Of a stretch of DNA of 64,000 nucleotides, positions 39,015 to 51,525 are shown in pieces. The position numbers were made by a program, and so were the translations under genes. This DNA is from Gordius albopunctatus (Eukaryota). Under the pieces are notes generated by a model. That model made no database searches and had not been told where the DNA came from. It saw only the letters and a program-made list of their open reading frames with translations. Position 1 is the first letter of the stretch, and every line of letters starts with the position of its first letter. The DNA lies in assembly GCA_964276515.1 (NCBI GenBank), contig OZ193909.1:14570001-14634000 (forward strand), read 5' to 3'.

Positions 39015-40425
39015 CAATTCGATAAAAACCATATGTAGGTTTTTCCTCTTTTCACCATACTTATCCATCATTTGTCTTATGGCGAAGATTGGGTCGATTG
39101 TGGATTTGCCGGCTACGAAACTAAATTGATTAGCCGATATTTCCACCTCGCTTTTCAGCCTTGTTACTAAGATCCTTTCCAAAAGCTTTAAGGAGTGGCA
39201 AGTTAACTTGATACCTCTGTAATTGCCGCAGTCCTGAGGGTCTCCTTTGCCTTTAAATAATGGTATAATCGTGCTTGCTCTCCATTGATTAGGAATTTGC
39301 TCTTCTACCAATATCTTGTTAAGGAGGTTCGTCATGGTGGCGACTCCTTCTTCACGACATCCGAGTAATGCTTCCATAGGTATTCCATCTTGACCATTTG
39401 CTTTTCCTTTTTGCATCTTGTTCATTTTTGTCCTAAATTTCATCCTCCTGAAAGAGTTCGACTATACTTATATTTGGCTCAATTTCGGGAAGGGAATCCT
39501 TGTCATTTGCAATATTCATAAGTTTCTTAAAATATCCTCTCCACCTTTCCATCACTTTTTTCGGCTTGAATAAGGTTTGACCATTCTCGCTTTTGACTAT
39601 TTTAAGAACTCCGACATCACGACTTTTCTTCCCCCTAATCTTGGCCAATTTGTACATAAGCCTATCGCCCCCTTTATGATCCAGTTTGTTTGCCATCTCG
39701 GTGTACGCGGCATTCTTTGCTTTTGCAACGGCCTTTTTTGCGACCCTCTTTGCGTCCCTGTACTTTTGATAATCCTCCGAGTTTTTTGATTAATGCCACC
39801 GTCTATATAGATCTTTCTTTCTTTTGATAAAATCTCTAACCGATTGATCTCACCACCATAGTTCCCTATTCATGGCTTTACCTCATTTGGTCTGTCCTAG
39901 AACACGAATCACTGTTTCCTTAACGTCCTTAGATAGCGTCTCCCAATCGTCGTCTACGTCCCTTTGCATTCCTTGCACCCAAGAGTGAGCAGGCATTTTG
40001 ATGGTATTTTTTGTTCGTCGACGTATCCTTTAGCCTTTCGTATCGAATTCGAGGTTCATAGACCTTTCTTCTTTCGGTAAATACTCTTCTGTCAAGATCC
40101 ATAACAAGGGGACAATGTTGCCTGGCGATTTATTCTCCCGGTATTAATTTGCAATCCTTGATACTCCATAAGTCATTTCGCCGTATAAGCAAATAGTCAA
40201 TTTGACTAAAATGCTTCCCACTTCTATAGGTCACAATATGATCTTCGCGCTTTTTAAAATAGGTGTTAACGATCGCCATGCCATATGCTTGGGATACTTG
40301 GAGAAGTTTTTCCCCTTCTTTGTTCTTCAGACCATTCCCATAGGCTCCATGATTGCGTTCATACCCGAGGCGATCTTTCCCGACGTGAGCGTTGAAATCT
40401 GCCCCAATAATTAGCCTTTCTTCCT
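39015..40425 (-). mobile_element. RTE LINE internal fragment, same subfamily as 51545-58640
   Basis: Minus-strand ORFs are nearly identical in protein sequence to 51533-53465 and share the same frameshift at FQEDE(V/I)/MKFRTK. Confidence 0.92.
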
Positions 40426-40849
40426 GAAAAAAATCGACAGGCAAGCTGTTTGCAGATTTTGGTAGAGTTTTCATGGTGAAACAAGAATATATCTACTAAT
40501 TTTTCCCTCTGAGTCAAGTTAAAGTTGCTAAAAATAGCGATTTTGGCGTTTTTTAAACGTAAATAACTTGCAGATTAACCGGAAAATTTTAATAATGATA
40601 AATTAAGATATAAATCACAATCAATAATCAAAAATAAATTATGATACATTACATATCACCATTGTGACCGCATGGCTTAAAAAATATTTTTCTTAAATAC
40701 TAATTTACTCATGATGACAAATTCTTTTAAAAAGTTGTCATCAATTCTAACCAGTGTGATTGTAATACTTTATATATATATTATTTTTAATAATACAACA
40801 AATGAAGTTAAATTAAAAATATTATTACAATCGATATGTTGGATTAAGA

Positions 40850-41260
40850 CAATTTTAACCGCAAATCTTCACCAAATAATTTTTTCTAATAGTACAACAT
40901 CTTTTAGTCATAATAAGTCAAATAAAAAAATATTTAATTCAATAAAAAATGTTAATTATGACAATTGTCACCACTTTGACCGCAAATCTTCCCAAAAATA
41001 TTTTTTCTAGGAGAACATCTTTTAGTCATATAATAAGTCAATTTTCAAAAAATAATATTTAATTCAATAAAAAATGTTAATTATGACAATTGTCACCACT
41101 GTGACCGCAAATCTTCCCAAAAATATTTTTTATAATAATACAACTTACAACATCTTTTAGTCATATAATTAGTCAATTTTTAAAAAGTAATATTTAATTC
41201 AATAAAAAATGTTGATTATGACAATTGTCACCACTGTAACCGCAAATCTTCCCAAATATA
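40850..41260. repeat. Tandem array of about 120-135 bp units (3-4 copies)
   Basis: ttatgacaattgtcaccact..accgcaaatcttcccaaa..acatcttttagtcata repeated. Confidence 0.8.
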
Positions 41261-41532
41261 TTTGTTAAATAAAACATATTGATTCACTACCTGCTTCTAT
41301 AGTGCATAATAATTAACTATGATTTACTAGAGATTAGATTATAATACTATTCATTATGACGTCACAATGGGAAAAGTTTCCAATCCGTTACGTCATAATA
41401 CATTTATTTTTATTTTTTTCAATTAAAAGTTCATTACCTAAATCTAAATACAGCAACTATTATGAACATTATAAACAAATATATTTGCATGCCCCACCAA
41501 AACGACCAAAACCAAACCAAAAGGTTAATAAT

Positions 41533-42829
41533 AACTCGGGCCTTCGGCCCTCGTGGGAAGGGGGGAAGGGAAGGGGGAACAAACTCATCTATACTCCGTA
41601 TAGAGGTAGCATATTTGCTATGCAATTATGGGCGAGAAAGGTGGGAAGGGGCGAGAATGCCTTAATGGCGGTATTAAATGCAAAATAATTGGACTGACGG
41701 GCATAGGGTAAATATCAATGTTAACCAATTTAAAAACGAAACAAAAATTTCGAATCACACTTTGACCAGTGGTCTTTTTTTTCATTGGTCAGCAGCCATC
41801 GGACGGCCAATAAATTAGTAAGTACCAACAGATGGTCTATAAATCAATGTTAGTCAAAAAAATGGATAAAAAATTTTCGCTTCACACTTTGGCCAATGGT
41901 CATTTTTTAGATTGGTCACTACCAAGAGATACTCTATAAGTCAATGATAGCCAAAAAAAAACTTTAAAAAAATTTCGCTTCACATTTTAGCCAATGGTCA
42001 CTTTTTTAATTGGTCAGCAGCCAGCGGACGGACAAAAAGTCATATTATCAATGGTATTAACAGGAACAATCATAAGAGCCAAAAAAACGAAATAAAAAAA
42101 TTCGATTCACAATTTGGCCAATGGACATTTTTTTTATTGGTCAGCAGCCAGCGGACGGCAAAAAAGTCATATTATCAATGGTATTAACAGGAACAATCAT
42201 AAGAGCTAAAAAAAACGAGGAAAAAAATTTTCGCTTCACACTTTTGCCAATGGTCATTTTTTTCCATTGGTCCGCAGCCAGCGGACGGCCAAAAATTCAT
42301 ATTATTAATGGTATTAACAAGAACAATATATTAATTTAAAAAAATAAATAAAAAAAATCTGGCCTCTGCGGGTATCGAACCAGCAATTAAAAAGGATTTG
42401 AGCCCACATCAGTAGAAGAGAGGCATACTTTTTTGTATGAAGGGGGCACAGGGACCCATATCAGTAGAGGCATAGGCCCTTCTAGGGGAGGGCATAAGGT
42501 AATTATCAATGTTAGTCAAAAAAATGGAAAAAAAATATTCGCTTCACACTTTGGCCAATGGTCATTTTTTTCCATTGGTCAGCAGCCAGCGGACGGCCAA
42601 AAAGTTATATTATCAATGGTATTAACAGGAAAAATATAATAATTTAATTAAAAAAATAAAAAAAATTTTGGCCGCTACTGGTATCGACCCCATATCAGTA
42701 GAGACATAATAAGCGTTAAGCGTGTGTAGATGGGTGCGTTACACGTTTGGTGCGGACACGAAGGTGCGTTACACGTTCGGTGCGTTACTTCGGAAAATAT
42801 AAAGTGAGCCCATAAATTGCATAGCAATT
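41533..42829 (-). mobile_element. DINE-1/HINE-like element, apparently complete copy
   Basis: Hairpin CTCGGGCCTTCGGCCC at 41535, subterminal TTGCTATGCAATTATGGG near 41615, internal tandem units, terminal CCCATAAATTGCATAGCAATT ending at 42829. Confidence 0.7.
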
Positions 42830-42974
42830 AATTATCCACTCAAATCCCTTGGGTGTTTAATACACCCATAGCAAAGGTGGCCCAAAAAATTCACCCAAAA
42901 CACTTTGGGTGTTTTTTACAAAAACGCCCAGGCCCTCCCAAGAAAATTCACCTAACACTAAAAAGTCTGGGTGG

Positions 42975-43835
42975 ATACTCCTTTACGTAAAACCGACAGC
43001 CACAATATACGTAGACGCATCCGGATCGCATATCGGCCTGCTCGACGAAAATGGGCCAAACTCGGCAACGTTCGAAAACGCAGCCGCTTCTTTTGGTTGG
43101 ACCTGGAGGCAGGATTACCACATCACACTGTCCGAAACAGTAGCGGTGCTATACGGATACGTTCGCGCCTACCTATCGGGCCACAACCACCTCAAAATAG
43201 TGACTGATTCAGCCACAGCATACTACGTTTTAAAAAAGGGTGGATCTAACTCACCTATAATCGAGGAAGTCATAGCAACGTTCGTAAAAACCTACGGCTT
43301 GAAGCATCTACTGAACATACACTTCAACATCGCCTGGACATCGTCCCAAACGAACCCAGCAGACTTGCCATTAAGAACATGGATGCCACTAACACCCGAG
43401 TCAGTAAATACAGATGACGCTATTGATCTTATCCTTGAAAGAGGAATCCCAACAGATGAAGATGTAGACCTAAATTTTTGGGAAAGCGATTACCCGGTTG
43501 AGGTGGTCGACCTAGAACCATAAGCAAACCCCGTGCAATTTACGTATATAAGCACGTAAAATGCCCCGCGGGCTTCACTCGCTTGTTTCTCGCTTACGCC
43601 CTACTGCTACCACCTAACCGGCCTTTTACCTTGTCCCTTACCACGGAAAATTCGATTTCCTAATATTCGCACATCGCAATTATCCACGCGCGCCATTATT
43701 TATCTCGCGATTATATTGTTCTCACATGACATATCGAGATTTACGCGTGAATAAACTCCTCTTGTGAAAACCCTTACGGTACGTACCAAGGGGGATCCGA
43801 GACCGAGATTAACCCGGTCCCGGATTTATTATTAT
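42975..43835 (+). mobile_element. 5'-truncated divergent relative of the 21925 DIRS-like element (RNase H plus 3' cassette)
   Basis: YVDASGSHIG, HITLSETVAVLYGY, TDSATAYYVLKKGGSNSPIIEE and NPADLP align with the 23900-24300 protein; stop at 43523, TATA at 43545, AATAAA at 43750, hairpins, (ATT)n. Confidence 0.8.
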
Positions 43836-43879
43836 TGTATAGTATAAACAAGATATTTAAAAAACGAAAAAAGTTTTTA

Positions 43880-44579
43880 ATCAGACCTTGGCCATTTTTC
43901 ATTTTTTTATATTTTTTTGGCCAGTGGTCATTTTTTTAATGGTTAGCAGATAGCCAAATAACTAGCCTATAATTATACTCTAGAAAAAAATTGATTTTAA
44001 TCTCACTTTGGCCAGTGGTCATTTTTTTAATTGGTCAGTAGCCAGGACACGGTCAAAAAGGACATAAATACATAAGAGACGAAAAAAATTTTGATTTACA
44101 ATTTGGCCAATGGTCATTTTTTCATTGGTCAGTAGCCAGTGGACGGCCAAAAAGTCATATTATCAATGGTATTAACGAGAACAATATATTAATTTAATCA
44201 AAAAATTTTTTTTTGCCCTTTCCGGGATTCGAACCCACATCAGTAGCATAGGCTTTTGTGGGGGGGGGGCATAGGGACCCATATGAGTAGAGGCATAGGC
44301 CTTCTATGGGAGGGCATAGGATCATTATCAATGTTAACCTAATATACCAATTCAAAAATGAAAAAAAAAATTCGAATAGCAATTTGGCCAATGGTCATTT
44401 TTTCAATGGTCAGTAGCCAGAACACGTTCATAAAGTCATATTATCAATGGTATTAACAAGAACAAAATATTAATTTAATAAAAAAAATTGTCCTCTCCGG
44501 GTATCGAACCACCAAGTCAGAACGTTAGAAGGACGGACAACGGACAACAAAAAGCCAGTCCATAAATTGCATAGCAATT
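43880..44579 (-). mobile_element. HINE-like element, 5' part
   Basis: Internal units, GGAC microsatellite (ggacggacaacggac) and terminal CCATAAATTGCATAGCAATT. Confidence 0.65.
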
Positions 44580-45804
44580 AAAAATTAAAATTAAGGGTTA
44601 TAGTATCAACAAAAAATATGCTTTGTTTGGCACGCAGGTGATTATCTTTAAAAAAACATATTAGTATCGCAGATTGATAAAATATATGTAAAATTAAAGT
44701 TATAGAACAATTTAAGCGCCGAGCAATTGAAAAGAAGTTAAGTCGGAGTATGATTAAATATTATCGTTAATTCCTAATTTTAATCCCTGGGCTGGGCCAT
44801 TTATAAATTAGTAAACAGTAACTTTCCTCTTGTAAAGTAATTTATTGTTCTAACAAATTGTGCTAGTCCTTATTGGAGAATTTTTTAAGCAGGTGCCTGC
44901 ATTTTTTAAGTATTTAAATTAAGGTCCTTGGATGTTTGTCGAAACTTTATATAGCTCCTGAGAGATTTGTAGTTCAAGGTAGATAAATAATTAAAAGCCG
45001 CCGTGTCGTTACCTCGAGAGGAGGATTGGGAAGCATATGGCATTTTCTCTAATATGCATATAGCATTGCACAAAGCAGTTGTATAACGACACGCGGCCGA
45101 AATGGCATAAGGGTATTATTGCTGAAGTCACTCCTGTGTATTTAGAGTTTTTAGGGCCTAGTCAAGTCTAAAAACAATCCATTAACTCATATAGCACCTT
45201 TGAGGCGTGTCAGCTCCGACAGACATGCACGCAAGCTTTTAGTCTCAACCACTAGCTCTAGTATTATTTATAATATTGCTGTTATGGCGGATCATCAGGT
45301 GCAATGGAGTCCCTCAGTTGATGCAGAAGCGACCGACGGTACTTTATAAGAAGGTAAAGTGTCATGGACGGGGGTTTTGTTATAAATTTGTAAATGTTCA
45401 TTAAAACTTTGAAATTATTTAATTCAATAATACCTTAAGACACCTCCCAATTTGCATCTTGTGCAAAGCAAAATACGAAATAAATTTATTGATAAAACTA
45501 TAAACTTAAAATATGAATCCTAGATATTTGAAAGGGTCTACATTTTTAATATCATAAAGATGGGCTTCGCAATAATTTAATTTATTCTATTTACACTAAG
45601 ACGATTTTTTCCTGTAGCAGGCATATTGCATGTCCTTAGTTATTTTGCTAATACATACCCACCGATAGTGATGGGAAAACGCTTAGCACTAGCGCGCTTA
45701 GCACCTCCCAGCTGATGGGAAGAGCCTATTAAATACGCTATGTCTACCAGCACATAGTCACTTTAAGTGCTATAAGTTATAGGAGGTGGGAGGTTTGAGG
45801 TGCT

Positions 45805-47480
45805 AGATGTGGAGATTATATATCGATCGGGTAAAGAAAATGTTTTGGTTGACGTGCTGTCTAGGTTAAGTGGAGTTCAAGACGAGGGTGGGGTAGAAGC
45901 ATAGACAACATAGACTGCTCATCACGGTATAAAATGTGTGTGTGTTCTTCCGCCATTTTGATGAACACTACCGTCCTATATCACATAATGGCGTTTTGCG
46001 CTGTGCCGTTTTGTTCGAACAGGAGAGGTAAAGAAAAAAGGTTTTGATTCCATAAATAAGTAAGATATTACAAAATATATGATATTTTTAAAAAATATAT
46101 TATTGACACATTTAATAAAAATTAAAAACTGTAATGATATTAAAATTTTTTAAAAATATCATATATTTTGTAATATCTTACTTATTTATGGAATCAAAAC
46201 CTTTTTTCTTTACCTCTCCTGTTCGAACAAAACGGCACAGCGCAAAACGCCATTGCGTGATATAGGACGGTAGTGTTCATCAAAATGGAGGCAAATTTCA
46301 CACACAATTTGCCATATGGAACATATGACATGGGCAGTCTATGTAGTCTATGGGTAGAAGGTAATAAGAGCGAAGTGGATAAATCAGTTAGTATAGGGGT
46401 AGTGCGGTCGGCAGGAGGTGGACCGATAACGTGGGAAAGGGTAAGGGTTTGTACCAAGGGCGATGAACAATTACAAAGAGTTCTGAGAGCATTGAGGAAC
46501 AAGGGGGAATGGGATAAAAAGGATAGGGCATATAGGGTGGTTAGGAAGGATCTAACCGAATCAGACGGGTGTTTAATGCGCGGACGTAGGATGATAATAC
46601 CCGAGGAATTAAGGACAGACGTGATGGGCACGTTGTACTGCGGGCATCAGGGCATTGTAAGGATGAAACAGTGGGCTAGGGAATATGTATGGTGGCCGGG
46701 AATGAATTCGCAGGTAGAAGACGTTACTAAGACGTGTAATACATGTAATGAAATAGGTAGAATGCCCTCGACTGATAAGAAGGTTAAGTGGCGAGAAGCA
46801 AAAAAACCTGGGGAACGCGTGCATGTGGATTTTTTTGAATGGAAATCGAAATCTTATTTTATTTTATTGGATGCGTATTCAAAGTGGATAGAATATGAAA
46901 AGGTGACGAGAATGTCGGGAAATGTGGTAGTAAGGTTATTAAAGGAATGGTGCGGCAAGTATGGTCTCCCCAACGTTATGGTGTCCAACGGGGGACCGGC
47001 GTTTAAGAGTAAACCAGTGAAAGACTTTTCTAAAATGGAAGGAATTACTAATGAGATAATTGCGCCGTACCATCAGAGTAGTAATGGTCAGGCGGAAAGG
47101 ATGGTGGGATTGGTGAAGAGCTGGTTGAATAAAGAGTTCAGCGGAGGAGGTGAGAGTTGGAAAATGAGGTTAATGTACCTGAACGCGAGGAAAGGTAAAG
47201 GCTTATCCCCTGTAGAAAAGTTTTTAGGTGCCCGAAGAAAAACATGGTTGGATTTTATGAAAAGGTTGAAGAAAAGGTTAAACACGATTTTAAGTTTAAG
47301 AAAGGACAGTTGGTTTGGATCAGAATGTTTGGGAAAGGTGTGAAATGGACTAAGGGAACTGTAGTACACACGGTAGGAGGATTTAAATGTAAAGTTAAAG
47401 AATTAGAAGGAAAGGAATGTTGGAGACACGTGGATCAGCTAAAGGTGAGAAAGGAGATGGAAGGTGTGAAAGGGTTATGA
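45805..47480 (+). mobile_element. Gypsy pol fragment (end of RNase H plus integrase), no LTRs seen
   Basis: EIIYRSGKENVLVDVLSRL at about 45810-45870; integrase GHQG..WWPG..CNTC, VHVDF, APYHQSSNGQAER; interrupted by a P-type MITE. Confidence 0.85.
45900..46352. mobile_element. Palindromic P-element/THAP-derived MITE
   Basis: TIR CATAGAC(A/T)ACATAGACTGC; perfect 8-bp TSD GGTAGAAG (45892-45899, 46353-46360); about 150-bp inverted arms each encoding MAFCAVPFCSNRRGKEKRF. Confidence 0.85.
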
Positions 47481-47787
47481 ATTAATCCATATATTTTATA
47501 CTTATATCTTTTGTCTATTAACTATTTTAAGATACCATTTAAACGTCTAATTGGATGAACAAGAGAACGTCGAAGTCTGAGAATATGACAAAGGGGCGAA
47601 GGTGGCCTGGGAAATTACTTTATATCCTCTTACCCTACTAATCTACATGTTTTCTTAACCTACCCTTACGTCAATATTTATTTGTAAACTATTTACTATA
47701 CCTTTTCTTCTATATTTATTTGTAAACTATCTTTAAAAGTAATTTGTATTAAAAAAAAATATATATATTAAAAAAAATAATAATAAT

Positions 47788-49187
47788 CGGTTAGCCTAGT
47801 AGAATGGGCGAGCGATGTAATAGCCGTCAATTATAAACTCACTCACCTCCAAATAATGTGTTCCCCCCGTCGATTATAAAAGTCTTGTACCCACTCACTT
47901 CAAAATAATGTGTTTCCCCTCCCTCCTCTTGTCAAAACGCGATTAAATTTTGTCAAACCATGTGTGATAGCCGTCAATTATCTTATATGAAAGTCTTGTA
48001 CCCACTTATCTCAATTTCATGTGTCCCCTATCCCCTAGCCGAATGATCCTATATTTAAGTCTGTTACCCATCTTCAAGCCATGTGATTCCCTCTTCCTCC
48101 TCCTAACCACGATCATATTTTGTCAAACCATATAGCTCCCCCCTCCCCACTTCTAAACCGCGATCGTATGTTGTCCCTGGAGGGACTAAATATATCGGAA
48201 GAGTCGAAGCCCTGTGGTCTGCCCGCTACAGCCGCATGATCCCATATGGAAGTCTGTGACCCATCTCAAATCCATGGGATTTCTCCCCCATCCTCCAAAC
48301 CACGATCATATTTTGTCACCTGTCCGCCCCAAATATATGAAATATTGAGACCATGTGGTTTTACCCCCCACCCCTTTCTCTCTCTCTCCTCCAAACCACT
48401 AGACATGGTGTAACCTGTTCGTCCCAAATATATGAAGAGTTAAAGCTTACTCATATCAAAACCATGTGATTCCCCCCTCTTCCTACGTTAAAAAATTAAC
48501 ATTGAGCGTCTGTATGGGAGCAATCTCCATGTCTGCCAGGGAGAATTCCATCTATTATCTAGACCCCCTCCCCGTCGGGGTTATGATAAAAATGGGACAT
48601 GTAGTATACTACTAATTCCTTTCCTAGGCCATGTCTTCCCTTAATTATTAAAGAAAGCCGATTACGTTATGCCCTTTGTCTGCCGGCGAGCAGATGGCAG
48701 GATTCCCACTATACAACCATACCTTACTCGAAGACATCTGAATGATTAACGTCAACAACTGTATTACTACTTCCTTCTCAGCCCATGCCTTCCCTTAATT
48801 ATCAAAGAAAGCCGATTACGTTCCCTTACTCTAAGACATCCTAATGACTTGACTGTGTGATGGGCGCCGGCATCCCTTATTCTAGGACATTATGATTGGC
48901 GCCAACAAGTTACAACTCCGAAAACAGATGCAAAAAATTCTAAATACACACGAAGTTCATAAACCCCCCCCCCTCCCCTTTTTCTCTTTACCTTTCCCTT
49001 TACCCAGCCAGAGGTACATGAGTGCAGACAACGCCTAAAGAAAAGATATAGATTTTATACACAACTAGAGTTTTGACTTTTGATCTTCGAATTCCCCCTT
49101 TTAACAAACCCCGAAAATCTTTAATTCTTGTTATAAAATACACCCGCTTCGCTAACGTCTAATTCGCACTTTATATTCGCTCGCTTA
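47788..49187 (-). mobile_element. Non-coding repeat-rich element, possibly a second Helentron/HINE family
   Basis: Inverted motif GCGAGCGATGTAA (47808-47820) vs TTATATTCGCTCGC (49171-49184), placed asymmetrically; many internal C-rich direct repeats; no long ORF. Confidence 0.4.
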
Positions 49188-49495
49188 ATAAATAAATTAC
49201 CATCGGTTTATCTATCATATTTTAATTCTATTCTATTTAATAATTTTTGGTTTATTTAATTAAAAAAAATATTTAATACAAATAAATACGCAATTTTTAA
49301 TAAAAGTCAGCTATATCAAAAACAAGATAAGATATTTATGATTTCTAATAGATTATATAAAAGAGATTGACATTTGTGTCAGCGTATAGGAATTAAAATA
49401 ATAATTTCAAGCAAAATTTTTTGATTGACGTTTTTTTGGCATGTCAATCATGTCGATTTTTTTAAGCATCGTGGAAATGGATACTACATCTGCCC

Positions 49496-49888
49496 CATGG
49501 GCGTAGCCAGCTTTCGGATCAGGGGGGGGGGCGAGCAAAAAAAATCGCCGAGACTAAGTGAGAGCAAAAAAAAAAGGTCGCCAAGACCTTTTTTGGTATT
49601 TAACGTTAGTAATCAACAGTACAGTGTACAGAGGATATGTAAACGATGTATGAAGGAACTAACACAAACGCAACTACTAATCTCAATATTTAATTCTTAT
49701 ATAATTTAAATTTGCGTCAAAAGGTCGTGGAAAAAAATTTTCAACATAAAACTTAATTTCAATCAGGGGGGGGGGACGAAACACTAATTTTTTCCAATTT
49801 TTACATAAATTTACATTAAAAAATAGAAAAATTCTCATTCAGGGGGGGGGGGCGGCCGCCCCCCCTGCCCCCCCTGCCTACGCCCATG
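49496..49888. mobile_element. hAT-like MITE
   Basis: TIR CATGGGCGTAG; 8-bp flanks ATCTGCCC / ACCTGCCC. Confidence 0.8.
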
Positions 49889-50568
49889 ACCTGCCCAATT
49901 CGCTCGAAACTTTACCCGTAGCGTAGGTTCTCAGGGCGGCCGGGGGTAAAATAGCTTTTTCAGATTCCTAAAATACCTTTTCGTTTAAAAAATATCGGAC
50001 ATTTCCCGGCCAGTTTCATTTATAGCATCATATACAATAATGACGTCATATACACAAGGCTGAACTTTTCTCGAATTAGATATTTAAAAGTATAATAAAA
50101 ATGTTACAGTATACGGTCAAAATTATTGGGGTTTAACAAACTATTTAAATTCAATAAATAATATTTAAATTATTATCACGTGGTCAATCATAGAAGCATA
50201 TTTTTAATAATTATCCATCCTTCAATTAATTATTTTATTATATTAAAGAAAATTGTATTTCAAATAAATCAGCTAACTAGAAAAATAAAATAATGGTATT
50301 GTATAATAAGTAACAGCATTAATCAGCAATTTTTTCAAAAACATTTAATTTTAGTCGGATTTGATGACTAAAACAGAATTCGCATTTGGTTTGTCTTATT
50401 ATATATATACTAAAAATAGTGAGTTCATAAAATCCATGACCCGATAAAATTCGTGCTTTAAATAAATATTATGGATATTTTATTTATTTGAATTATTATT
50501 TCATATATGACACCATTTTAAATAAGTCTTATTAATAGGTTATACTTATTTAACCACTTAAGGACTGA

Positions 50569-50600
50569 ACCAAAGCAACGCTTGGCTGGGCACATCTAGT
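50569..50600 (+). mobile_element. Helitron-type 3' terminus
   Basis: Hairpin CCAAAGC-AAC-GCTTGG about 10 nt before CTAG|T; the 5' end was not identified. Confidence 0.5.
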
Positions 50601-51289
50601 ATATATATATAATGCGAAAATTTCAAAATAAAATTATCGTAGTTTGTGATTTTTAACAAGTGTATTATCATATAGACGTTGATAAAGATATCTCACTTAG
50701 GAAATCTTTTATAATATTTACCAAATTTAGTATAAAATAAGTATTTTAACAGACTGAAAATATTACACTTAAAGATTAAATTTGTTATTTAAGTCGGATT
50801 TATATTGGTTATTAATTAGTAAGTTTTATGTTGAGGTGACCGGGCAGTCGTAGCCAGGGAATAATTATTTTTGATAAGATTCATGATATTTTTTATGTTC
50901 AGTTGAAGAAAAGGATATAAAGACATTAAAGAAGAGAGCGAAAAATTTATTTTCTTTTTATACTAATAAATAATTTGTAAGGGTTTTTTTACATTGGAAA
51001 AATTTTTGTTTCGTCATTCAGAGGAGGGGGGGAAGGACGAGTTATTGATAAAATAAATGTAGAAGCAATGCAAAATATTTAAATTAAAGTCATACACTTA
51101 ATTAAATTTATATTAAAATAAGTCGTAGTTAGATGGTAAGATAGGGCAAAAAAATTATATTTTCACAGAGAAAGGGTGGTGGCGCACAACAGATGTATTT
51201 TATTTAATATCTAATAAATAAACAATTTAAAAAATTATTCCCAGTGTTAGCGCCGTGCTATAGGAGTACCGCATTTAATTTAAGTGCTA

Positions 51290-51525
51290 TCGGCTATAGC
51301 TTTAGCGCCTCAAACCTCCCATCTCCTATAGCTCATAGCACCTCAAACCTCCCATCATAGCTCTAGCGCCTCAAACCTCCTATCTCCTATAGCTCATAGC
51401 ACCTCAAACCTCCCATCTCCTATAGCTCATAGCACCTCAAACCTCCCATAGCTCTAGCGCCTCAAACCTCCCATCTCCTATAGCTTATAGCACTTAAAGT
51501 GACTATGTGCTAGTAGACATAGCCG
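51290..51525. repeat. Minisatellite of about 27-33 bp (ATAGCTCATAGCACCTCAAACCTCCCATCTCCT)
   Basis: About six copies; one unit plus flank is present inverted at about 45740-45805. Confidence 0.85.

Noticed and set aside
51290..51525. CRISPR-like periodic repeats
   Set aside because: Units are contiguous with no unique spacers and there are no cas genes; this is a eukaryotic minisatellite.
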